64,000 nucleotides of DNA from a virus: positions 7,742 to 71,741 of the IMG/VR virus record IMGVR_UViG_3300044639_001298, one strand, 5' to 3'. Positions 30,466 through 40,700 of the stretch are shown here, piece by piece. How positions within the stretch are numbered: the stretch's first letter is position 1; each line of letters begins with the position of its first letter. The notes beneath the pieces were generated by a model. That model ran no database searches. It saw only the letters and a program-made list of their open reading frames with translations, and was not told the origin of the DNA. The translations under genes were made by a program, and so were the position numbers.

Positions 30466-31473
30466 TTACTTTTTGTTTTTGAATTTTGACTTTTCTTTTC
30501 TTGTTAACTTTAAAAACGGCTTCAAAAAATAAATCCAACCGTCATCTTGTTTTGGTAGGTATTTAAATAACCCATCTTCCATCATCATACGAATTAGGTT
30601 TTTATACCCCCTACCATCAGGGTCTAATGATTCTGAGTAATATGTATCAACTAAATCTTTACCTTCTTGATTTACGAGTGGTTCATCTAAATCAATTAGT
30701 TTTTTGTTTATTACATAATATTCTTCACCAAATACACCCTCTTTTGTCTTACCTGATAAAAGGTTTTGTAATGATTTGTTGTCCTTATTTTCTTTAAGAA
30801 GTTCCTCACCTTTTGTTAAAATATCGGGTATTTCTACCACTCTTTCAAGTAGCTCAGGGAAAAACTTAAATAATGTCTTTTCACCTAAATAAAAAATACC
30901 ATCAATATTGTCGGATGAATCTCCCGTGAGGATTTTGATTGTTTTGACATTAAAGTGGGGAACTTCAAAATCACTCATTTTGATTGTGTCCCCCATCTTA
31001 TAATATCTTTTTGCGGATGGTGAATAGATAGTTACCTTTTCAGAAATTAATTGTGTAAGGTCCCTATCACTTGAGAAAATTGTTTTATCCTCGTCTTCAG
31101 AAATTTGGCAGTAGTAAGCAATTAAATCATCGGCTTCTGAGTGTTCAACTTCAACTTGTCTAACAAACATCTCTTCAAGATATTGTTTAACACGTTGTTT
31201 CTGACTTTCGTAAGAAGCCTGTTTAAACTCATTAGAATCGTTTCTACGATTTAATTTATACTTCGGGTATATAATCCTCCTTTGAGATGAATTCGTATCA
31301 CTGTCCCAAAATACAACAACTTTATTATAGTTGTTTTCTTCCAAGAACTTTCTTAAAGTATTTAAAAAGTGCCAAATAGCACCGATATGTTGTCCATTGT
31401 GAAAGTAATCTTTCACTCCGTGAAAACCAATTTTTATCAAATTGTTTCCATCAACCAATAAGGTTTTTGTCAC
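30466..31473 (-). CDS. 5'-3' exonuclease / flap endonuclease (T4 RNase H, Pol I N-terminal-like)
   Basis: LLVDGNN, YP.YK.NR, EADDLIA, SSDRDL.QL and GDSSDNIDGI motifs. Confidence 0.93.
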   Translation of the reverse strand: MTKTLLVDGNNLIKIGFHGVKDYFHNGQHIGAIWHFLNTLRKFLEENNYNKVVVFWDSDTNSSQRRIIYPKYKLNRRNDSNEFKQASYESQKQRVKQYLEEMFVRQVEVEHSEADDLIAYYCQISEDEDKTIFSSDRDLTQLISEKVTIYSPSAKRYYKMGDTIKMSDFEVPHFNVKTIKILTGDSSDNIDGIFYLGEKTLFKFFPELLERVVEIPDILTKGEELLKENKDNKSLQNLLSGKTKEGVFGEEYYVINKKLIDLDEPLVNQEGKDLVDTYYSESLDPDGRGYKNLIRMMMEDGLFKYLPKQDDGWIYFLKPFLKLTRKEKSKFKNKK

Positions 31474-31494
31474 TTTTTTGTTTTTTAATTATTA

Positions 31495-32502
31495 CTACTC
31501 TACTTCTTCTTTTTCTGATTTCAAATCAAAGTCACCATCAACTCCGATTATTTCCTTCCAATATTCAGCATATTCTTTTTTGTATTGTTCGATTGATGCC
31601 TTTTCTTCGGAAGCTTCTTTTCCTGGTAAGAAACCGTGTGGTGTTACGATAATCTTTCCATCTTCAAAACCAAGTCCGTTAATGTGATTTTTCATAACAG
31701 ACACCTTAGTTCTTGATGCGAACTTCACAGTTCTCTTATCTTTAGTTGCGGTAATTTTTGTAGTACCAGCACCTTTTTGATTTCCAAATAAGAAAACTAA
31801 TGAAGAATTCAACCAAATAGCTTCACCACCTTTTGCCTTAATTTTAGGTTGTCCAAACGGATTATCAGGTAATTCAACCCAAGGTTGGTTAACAATGATT
31901 AGGGTATTTTCATATTTAGAGTCTGCTTTACGTGAACCTGAAATACGTTGGTTAATACCCATACCAATCTTATCGGCTAAAACACTTGCATTGTGTTGTT
32001 TACCTCCTTTACCTTCGTAAGTCATTTTACAAGGAACAGAACCAACTGAGTCCCACATAATACACAATGAATAATCTAAATCACCCTTTTCTTGAGCATC
32101 TAATAAATCATTGATGTAATCTGTGATTTGTTCAATATAATCAAAGTTATTATTGAATATATAAAAACCGTCCCACTCTAATTCTCCCGTTTCTGTATCA
32201 ACAACTTCTTCACATTCAAACCCCATTAACTTAGCGTGGTCAAAAGACCATTTTTGTTCTGTGATAATAAACACAGGTAAGATACCTTTCTTTTGAGCAT
32301 CAACCGCAGTCTTAACCAATGCTGTTGTCTTACCCGTATCTGAATGTCCTAAGAACATATTGATGTGCCCCATCGCGGGTCCAGGTAAACCAACCGCATC
32401 CAAAAACGGTGCACCAAGGTCAAAGAATCTTTGTGGTTTATACTTTGCCGATGTGGAAAATTTCTTTTTAAGTGAACTAAAGTCGTTCTTTTTAATAGCC
32501 AT
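31495..32502 (-). CDS. uvsX: RecA/UvsX-like recombinase
   Basis: Walker A GHSDTGKT, WDSVGS, IIVNQ, KGGEAI and KNH motifs. Confidence 0.88.
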   Translation of the reverse strand: MAIKKNDFSSLKKKFSTSAKYKPQRFFDLGAPFLDAVGLPGPAMGHINMFLGHSDTGKTTALVKTAVDAQKKGILPVFIITEQKWSFDHAKLMGFECEEVVDTETGELEWDGFYIFNNNFDYIEQITDYINDLLDAQEKGDLDYSLCIMWDSVGSVPCKMTYEGKGGKQHNASVLADKIGMGINQRISGSRKADSKYENTLIIVNQPWVELPDNPFGQPKIKAKGGEAIWLNSSLVFLFGNQKGAGTTKITATKDKRTVKFASRTKVSVMKNHINGLGFEDGKIIVTPHGFLPGKEASEEKASIEQYKKEYAEYWKEIIGVDGDFDLKSEKEEVE

Positions 32503-32723
32503 TATAGTTCGTAAATTTTAAAATTTGTTATAGTTTCCAACTTGTCTTTTGCGTCTGTAAGTTGTCCAACTAAATTATCCATCTCTTCTGTGTGTTGTGG
32601 ATGCTCACCAATCCCAACAGGATTTGTGAAATAAACATAAAGTCTTGCTTCGGCATCAGCAATTTCTGCTTCATATTTTTTAACTAACGCTTCTTTTAAT
32701 TTTTCTGCAATCACTGGTTTCAT
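32502..32723 (-). CDS. Small helical phage protein (NPVGIGEH type)
   Basis: Helix-NPVGIGEHP-helix pattern recognised from T4-like phage hypothetical proteins. Confidence 0.65.
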   Translation of the reverse strand: MKPVIAEKLKEALVKKYEAEIADAEARLYVYFTNPVGIGEHPQHTEEMDNLVGQLTDAKDKLETITNFKIYEL

Positions 32724-32745
32724 TTTGTTTTTTTAATTTGTTTAT

Positions 32746-32789
32746 AAAAAAAAAGCATGGATACAATATGTTTAAAAGTATCCATGCTT
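32746..32789 (-). terminator. Rho-independent terminator after the SSB gene
   Basis: 12-bp stem AAGCATGGATAC/GTATCCATGCTT followed by a T run on the minus strand. Confidence 0.8.
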
Positions 32790-32797
32790 AATTAAAT

Positions 32798-33652
32798 TTA
32801 GAATGGCAAATCTTCCGCTGGTTCTTCGTTCGCTTGTGGGTCAACAGGAGTTGGTGTTTCTTGTTTTGCCCCTCCAAGTGAAATTTCAGCAGCTTCACCG
32901 TAAACATATTTTTTAAGTTCAGATGACCACATTGGTGTCTCACCAACTGCAACTGCTTCTAAATATTCTACGGGTTTCTTTGAGTATACATCATTCCATG
33001 TAAGTTCGTCTTGGAGCCATCCTTCCATGATTCCCTTATCTTCATGTAGTGGTTGTGGGTCATCATACATGATTGTTTGAATAACTGTATATTCTTTTCC
33101 TTGTGGTGTTTTTGCTTTTGTAAGTTCAATGATTAAATCACGACCTTTTTCAGCCTCAGTGACATCACCTTTAGCTTTCCAAATAGGAAGAATTTTATCT
33201 AACACACCTTCTTGTTTGTAGTTGTGTTTGAATCGCCAAAATTTAACACCGTCTTGTTCGTTGTCACGGTCAATTACTTTTACAATGTAAAATAAACGTG
33301 AACGGTATTGTGATGCCAATTCTTTGTCTTCTTTCTTACCTGTAGAAATCAGTTCATTATAAACTTCAGTCAAAGGTGAACGTTCGTTGTCATTTTTTTC
33401 AGGGTCATACAACTTAACCCATTGCCCGTTTACTTGAATTTCATGGTACCAAACTTCGACAAATGGTGATGAACCATCTTTTGTAGGTAAGATACGAATT
33501 CTTCGTGATGCGGATTTTTCATTCTTCTGAAGGATTGCTGAGAAATACTTCTTCAATCTGTCTTCTTGAGAAATGTTAGTTCTTGGTGTGTTGCTCGATG
33601 TTGAATTTTTTTCGTACTGAGCTAGTACTGAATCTAATACTGAATTTGCCAT
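32798..33652 (-). CDS. Single-stranded DNA-binding protein (T4 gp32-like)
   Basis: IRILP....PF....H, Y.VKVIDRD, GRDL.I motifs and acidic C-terminus EEPAEDLPF. Confidence 0.85.
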   Translation of the reverse strand: MANSVLDSVLAQYEKNSTSSNTPRTNISQEDRLKKYFSAILQKNEKSASRRIRILPTKDGSSPFVEVWYHEIQVNGQWVKLYDPEKNDNERSPLTEVYNELISTGKKEDKELASQYRSRLFYIVKVIDRDNEQDGVKFWRFKHNYKQEGVLDKILPIWKAKGDVTEAEKGRDLIIELTKAKTPQGKEYTVIQTIMYDDPQPLHEDKGIMEGWLQDELTWNDVYSKKPVEYLEAVAVGETPMWSSELKKYVYGEAAEISLGGAKQETPTPVDPQANEEPAEDLPF

Positions 33653-33687
33653 AAATAAATTTTTAATTATTACTCTTTTATCTACAA

Positions 33688-33718
33688 CAAATATAGGTGA
33701 ATATTTAAGTTTGTCAAA
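33688..33718 (-). promoter_or_regulatory. Host (Bacteroidota-type) primary sigma promoter for the SSB/replication operon
   Basis: Minus strand reads TTTG-19 nt-TATATTTG, an exact match to the -33/-7 consensus TTTG-N19-21-TAnnTTTG; immediately downstream of a terminator. Confidence 0.75.
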
Positions 33719-33720
33719 TA

Positions 33721-33745
33721 AAAAAAGGGGACAAACGCCCCCTTT
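33721..33745 (-). terminator. Rho-independent terminator
   Basis: Minus strand AAAGGGGGC-GTTT-GTCCCCTTT followed by more T; separates structural genes from the replication block. Confidence 0.8.
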
Positions 33746-33771
33746 ATATTGATTCTTTATCCTATTATTTT

Positions 33772-34458
33772 TTACATGTTTGGATTCTCGTCGTCATATA
33801 TATTAAATGTTTTTTTTACCTCGTTTGGAGAAAAATTCTCAACCTCATCTGATGTTAATACGTATTCATTTTTTCCTGTTTTCTCCATCTCTTCTTCTTT
33901 ATCTTGAAAGAAATCTGTCAGTTTTTGATTGTAAGGATAAGAATCTAAAGAACGTAACATTAGTTTCTCTTCAGGTGTTTTTTCTCTATACTTATCAAAT
34001 TTAGTTTCTAAATCATTTATCTTAGTCATTATTTGGTCCATGTTCTCTAATTTTGATGCTAAGTCGTCTAACTTAGAAAACATATCATTCATAAATTCAT
34101 CTTGTTTTGCTTGGATTTCTTGTTGTGAAGTTACAAGGTCAGTAATATCAATTTCTTCACTTTCACCTTCTTCATCGGTTTTTTCCTCAGCACCTACTTC
34201 TTCAACGTCTGGGTCATTTTCAACATCCACAGGTTCAGGTACTTCAGTTGGTGCAGGTGTTGCGCCAGCATCTGCCGGTGGTACGTCTCCTGCCGGTGGA
34301 ACATCTCCTGCCGGTGCATCTGCCGGTGGTACGTCTCCTGCCGGTGCGTCGGCAGGTGGAACTTCATCTACCGGAGCTTCGGGTTGTTCATTAAGAATAT
34401 ATGAATTAATTTGATTAAAACGTTTTAATTCTTCTAATATTTGTTTTTCAATATTCAT
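33772..34458 (-). CDS. Acidic low-complexity protein with PPADAPAGDV repeats and coiled coil (possible internal head/scaffold-type protein)
   Basis: N-terminal ILEELKRF...ILNE, Pro/Ala/Asp repeats at about 34255-34375, heptad region. Confidence 0.55.
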   Translation of the reverse strand: MNIEKQILEELKRFNQINSYILNEQPEAPVDEVPPADAPAGDVPPADAPAGDVPPAGDVPPADAGATPAPTEVPEPVDVENDPDVEEVGAEEKTDEEGESEEIDITDLVTSQQEIQAKQDEFMNDMFSKLDDLASKLENMDQIMTKINDLETKFDKYREKTPEEKLMLRSLDSYPYNQKLTDFFQDKEEEMEKTGKNEYVLTSDEVENFSPNEVKKTFNIYDDENPNM

Positions 34459-34468
34459 TTCTTAATTT

Positions 34469-34693
34469 TTAACCGTTTAATAATGTTTTTACACCGTGAG
34501 GTGTTTCAACTTTTAATGTTCTATTTGTTTTCATAGTGTTATCCACTCGTTCAATCAAACCATCTTTCATTCTGATTGTATAACAGTCACCTGTATCTAA
34601 ATCACATACTTCTTGATATCCGTTACCAGCGTCTTTCTGTGTAATTCTAGTATCTTTTTTCAAGTAATCGTCTAATAATGCTTTCATACTCAT
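34469..34693 (-). CDS. Hypothetical protein
   Basis: 74-aa ORF with TATTTATA at 34706-34713. Confidence 0.65.
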   Translation of the reverse strand: MSMKALLDDYLKKDTRITQKDAGNGYQEVCDLDTGDCYTIRMKDGLIERVDNTMKTNRTLKVETPHGVKTLLNG

Positions 34694-34729
34694 AATTTTT
34701 TATAATATAAATATCTCTTTATTTTGTTT

Positions 34730-37700
34730 TTACTTAAATTGTTGCCATGCTTGAGTAAAACTTTCAACTAATGCGTTATAATCTGCGGTAATAAAGGACG
34801 CTTTAGTCTTATCTCTAATTTGTGTTTCATTTAATGGTGGTACAGGTGGAACCGCACTAGGATTCCCAAACGCAGAACTGGTGTACCAAGTTGTATATGC
34901 AAGTTGGAATAATGCCGCCCCGTAACTCTTATCTGAATTATTATTAGGATTTAATGTTACTAGTTTCGGTATAAGGTTTATTTTATTTGTCATATAAGAA
35001 TCCATAAATTGTATTGATTCCGTTAAAGTATCAAATTTAACCAACCTAACATTATCATTTGATATTTGAACACAAGATTGTTTTTTTATTAAGGTGGCTA
35101 GATTTCCCCCGTATATGGTATTTGTGTTTATTTCAAATGGATTGTTATTAATACAATTTAACACTCCATTATTATTTGTAGTTGATGGTAAATTTTGAGC
35201 AATTCCCCATAACAAAGCTTTCATTATTTTATTTGTACTTACAGAATTGAATAGTGGGATAATCTCATCTTTTGTGAAAGGTGTTTGTATTAAAGGCTCA
35301 AATGGAATTGAGGCATAAACCGTTGGTACTCCACTTAAACAAACATTTTCTGCACCATTTAATGTTTGAAGTGTTGGGTTAGCGCTTAATAATTTTTCAG
35401 CAGCTATCACTTCCTGTGTTTTTGGAGTTTTAGTAACACCTAATAAATTTTTAAGTTCAGCTAATACAGTTTTATTAACTGATGACATTAAATTATCAAT
35501 TTTAGGTAATGCATATTTTGGAATTCTTGTACCCTTAAACTCAGTATCGAATCCTGACGTTGATATATTATGGTTTACCTCTGTAATCCAATAAGGTCCG
35601 TAAAACATAGGTACGTGTCTTAAAATATAATACATAGTAGGTTGAATCATAGCATTACCCATACTACTTACAGTACACTGATATGACCTTGATTTATAGA
35701 CACTATATAGTGATTGTGATTGTTGCGCTACTTTATCACCTGAAACCGAACTACCCATATCTGCAAAAACCTTAAATGACTCTGAAGTGTTTTTCATTTC
35801 AGACATATCCAAATTTAATCCTTTAAATATGTTTTGATTCCTTATTCCAAAATCTACTGCGAAACCAACTACACGATTACTTAATGAATAATTTCTATTT
35901 GGGTCAGAAACCCTTAATGGGTTATCAGGGACTCTTAAATCAAAACTATCATCACCAAATCTATTAAAAGTGTTTTCTTTTGGTTTTGGGTATTCTGATG
36001 GGTTACCAACATATAGACATAAAAACTTAGGATTAGATTGTGTGTAATCTACCTCTAAATAAGTTCCAAATAATGAATTACCTATTTCACTATCCTCTAA
36101 TGTTTGACCTTCTTTTGATGCCTTTTGAATGCCATAAAAATTAATATAGGCTGGCATTGCCATAAAAATAAAATAATTATCTTCCAAAATTGAACTTATC
36201 AAGGACATTAAACTTTGGTCTTGTTTTGTATCCAATGCCATTCTCTGAACTACTTTATTCAAATCTACATTGTAAGTATTACCTAAGTCACTATTTGACC
36301 TATCCATAAATAAAAAGTCTTCAAATAACGTAACATTTTTCAAATCTGAACCTGAAATCCATTTATCATTAAAACCTTTTAATGTGTTATAAAGTGCTAA
36401 CTTGGTTGTGTCACCATTCAGAGGTGTGGTTGGTAATCCATAATCAACCTCGATATTCTTTAGTATCTTATTTAACTTTGTAAAAGTCTGATTTACCATT
36501 TTATCCTGTAGTTCGTATCTATCGGTAAGGAAATCATTAATATATGTGATTAGTTTGTTTTTATTAAAAGTAGGGTCTTTTAATTTTTGCTCAACATAGA
36601 TTCTTATTATCGGATAAAGTGTTCTTATATTTTGAGGGTTAAACGCAATATTATTTTGAATGAAGAAATCTGATACAAGACATTTTTGCGTGTTCGCTAA
36701 AGCCTGTGGTGTTATTGAAACATTATTTATTTGTGGTGTTGTTGATGAAAAATTAGGTGAGGTTGATACATCAGCTATTAATAGTAATGTCTCAGGTGAG
36801 GTAGGTAAGTTTGGCGCATACGTTACTACCATTTGATATTTACCAGGTTGTGCTTGAATTATTTTTGCAACATATTGATATTTTGTTTGGATACTCATAG
36901 TAAACTCACTTTGTACTATATTACTACTATCCTGTACGTTTGAGTTTGGTTGAAAGAAACTTATAGATTGTAATCTTTGTGATATTTTTGATTTATCGGG
37001 TTCTCCTATAATTTTGAAAACATCGTAACCACTTGTTGTTTTTTCAATATGTATATACTCACTATCATTTGTTGGTGATGTAATGATATTATATGAACTA
37101 CCTATATATTGTAATTGTACTTCCGAATTTGCATTTGTAGTTGTTGCGGTAGTTGCTGATGTCGTTGCGGATGTTGGGTTAGGTACTGAAGGAAAGGTGT
37201 TGTCAACTTGGTTTTCGTAATCAACACCAGGTATCAAACTAAAACCTAAATATTTGTGTAATGTGGACCATGATTGTGGTAATGAAGTGGTACTCTGTAA
37301 TAAAGTTGTAAGTGTACCGTCACCTGGCAATGAACCAGAAGCATATTTACCAAAGGTTAATTTATCTTCAGTCTGCATATTACTAAGAGTACTTAATGAA
37401 TCAAATAATTTTCTATCAAAGTTTGTAGGGTTACCTATCTTAAGAACACAATCAAAATTCAAAAATTCCCTCAAATTTGTATAAAGGTTACTAATTTGGT
37501 CGTTCATCAATGTTTGTGTATCAATAGTTTCATTAATTTGTTGGAAGAATATTGTTTGATAAGAGAAAAGATTTTGAATTTGATTTTTAAGTAGTTTCAA
37601 ATTAGCATTAGTTAATCCATTAGTTTGAAGGTAGTTTGGTGTGATGTTTTCGTCATTTAATTTTAACTCATCAGCTAATGGTTTGTAATTACAAAAAGTT

Positions 37701-40700
37701 AAAAACTTTTCTTCCATTTTATCCAACAAAGCTACATCAAAGACACTGAATATCTCATCAATCATTGAATAAGTTGATTCTGTGTTAGTTATATCAAAAA
37801 CATTTTGTTTGTCCGTATCTGTTTTAATTATTTTAAGGTATTCGGTAGGTAATGGTTTTTTAATCAATTTATTATTAAAATACCCAAATTGAGACATACC
37901 CCAAACTGAACGTACCGTTCCATTATACATGGAATTATTATTATACAAACTTTCAGTTATTTTTTTCTGAGGGTTAAAACACTCATAAATTGCTTGGTCG
38001 AAAGGTATACCCCCCATAGAAGGGTATATAATGATTGTCGATGGTTCTGAGTCGACATTATTTTTCTTATATTTTCTATAAGTAAATAAATTTCTTTTTA
38101 ATAATTCTTTATTTGGATTACTCGCATCATATCCTTGTGGGAAATAGTAAACTTCGTTAGTGGGATTAAAACCAATTTTTAATCCTTGTTCATTATAAAG
38201 TTTACTAAAATCTGTAGGCGTATAACCTGTTATTAAATCTTTTCCATTTAAGTAATATTCTATGGAGTTAATAACTTTTGGATAAAAACCTGTATCATAT
38301 GTCTCTTTTAGATTGAATACGTTAAATGCCGATGTATATAATTCAACATTTTGAAGGGAAATAGTAGTTGGGTTTCCACTGTAATCTAATATAGTATACT
38401 TAGTACTTGAACTTCCTGTTGTTGGGTCATAAGAGAATACATAGTCAAAATCTTTCCATGTGTCTTCTAAAATATCGATATTTTTTTCAATATATGTTTT
38501 ATATCTATGCCATATTGAACCGTACTTCAAAACCCAAGCATATGGTACCTGATGAATAGATGAAAACTTGTTAAATGTTGCTGCTAAATAATCAAGGTCA
38601 GTTACAACATTGTTCGTAACGTCTTTAATTTTTTCTTTTGTTGTAATTAAAGGTAAAGAGTTTAAATACATATATCCTAAAGCCACATATGGATTTTCCT
38701 CGTTGTTTTTTTGTTTCTGTACACCATCCAAAATAGCATTAACAAAATATGGTGTATTCATTAATGAAGTTGTTTGAATGAAAGTTCCTAAATTACCACT
38801 ATAGCTATTACCATAATTAATAAATGACTCAGTCAAAAATAAATCTTCGTATCGTCTTCTAGAATAATATTCTTTCAAAGAAAGTGCTGAATCAATTGGG
38901 TCGTCACTTGATGGGTCAACTAATAGTGGTTGTGTGTTATTTTGAAACACAGCATTAGATGTGAAGAGTTTTAAGTTTTGGTATTTTTCAGTAGCATTAA
39001 TTCTAGCTATTGTTTTTTTATCGTCCAAGAATATATAACTTCTAGTTGTATTGTTATAATCTTCATATGAACCAATACTTTCACCATTAGACATATATTT
39101 TTTTAACCACGTTAGATTAGTAAAAGGATAAACATCTAATTTTTTTTGTTTAGATGTGGCACTATCTTCTAAAAATTCTTTCATGTTTGGTGCTAACGGT
39201 AAATCTGCAGATACTTGTATTGATGCTCCCGCTAAGGTATCTATTGAATATATTTCATTAACATTAGCTAATAGAGTTTTAAGATAATCTGTGTTGAAAT
39301 AATCTCTTATATATGTTTGCCAACTTTGTCCTTGTCCATTGTTTGAAATTGTTTTCATGTAATCAACAAGTTTAGTTAAATTAAATGCGGATTTCTTTAA
39401 AGTTTGATTTATTGTAATATCAGATGGAGCAACTAAACTAATATTAAGACTTTCTATATCACCATAAAATTGGTCGATTTGTTTACTACTTGCAATATCC
39501 GATGGTAAATTACCGTAATGTGATGCAATATAAGTTCTTTCAAAAATTTCATAAAAGGTTTTAATAGCGTCTAAATCTTGGTAAGGTGCGGTTTTGAATG
39601 GAAATTCAATAGCATTACATGATACATATTTTGTTACATCCTTAGGGTTGTCATAAGAATATCTTACTTCTGGTTTTGATTTTTCTAATGTTGCTTTTAT
39701 AAATGCTTCTACAAAACCAACTTCAGGCCACACTCTATAATCATAAGCCCTTGTCTGTCTTATATATTTAGCATCACCAGGATATTGTATCGTGTATAAG
39801 TCACTTCCATTATCTTGTTTTTCTAATGTAAAATATAATGGCCACGGATATACAACATTATCACTATTCAAGTTAGTACTAGACGTTTGTATTGATTTTA
39901 ATGCATCAACTGAAAAATTTTTGTCTGACGGAATTACAGCTAATAAACGATTTTTATCAGTTCTGACATTCCATGCCTCTTCATGATTTTCATCCATTAG
40001 TCTATAAAATGCGTCAGCACCTGCTAAAATAATTGCAAACACATTTCTTATCGTTGGTTTAAATCCTAATCCACCTTCTAACGGATTACTCAATTGTTTA
40101 CCAATATAATATTGTGTTAATTCATCTTCAATTATTTTTTGTTTAGCACTTAAACTAGTGAACATCACATCTAATTTATCTAAATATGAATTTCTAGAAT
40201 ATGTACCGTCAGCAACTATTTTATCACCAAATACTAAATAGTCAGGAAGTTCTTCAACCCACTCCCCCTTTTCGTTTTTAACTTTAGTGTCTAACAAAGC
40301 AATGCGCGCCTCATCTTTAATAAATTTTTCATACTCACCAGGATTAATATTCGAATCGAGTGGTCTATTGTTTCTATAAAAGTATGTATTAGTAACATCT
40401 TGTTTATTACTACTCCAAGTATTAAAATCAAGTTTTCTAAGAATATCTTTTATACCTTTTATGGTTACGTTAATTTGATACTCAGCATTTTTATTTTCAC
40501 CAAACGTGGCGTTGTTTTTTAAATTTGCAACATAAGCATTTATTCTTTCTGATATTTTGGTTTTGAAGTCTTCTCTCGATTGAAAAGTCAATTCTTTTTT
40601 AAATGGATAATAAACTTCATCACCCTGAACATAAAAACTATTTCTATCTACAACATTATTAATAGCGTACTCATAAACTTCCTTATTAAGTTTTTTTAAG

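Noticed and set aside
25188-32502. Inteins, introns or homing endonucleases in nrdA, nrdB, helicase and uvsX
   Set aside because: All have normal lengths and contiguous motifs; no intein or endonuclease signatures were seen
34040-34414. 124-aa plus-strand ORF with AGGTSP repeats
   Set aside because: Antisense shadow of the PPADAPAGDV repeat gene
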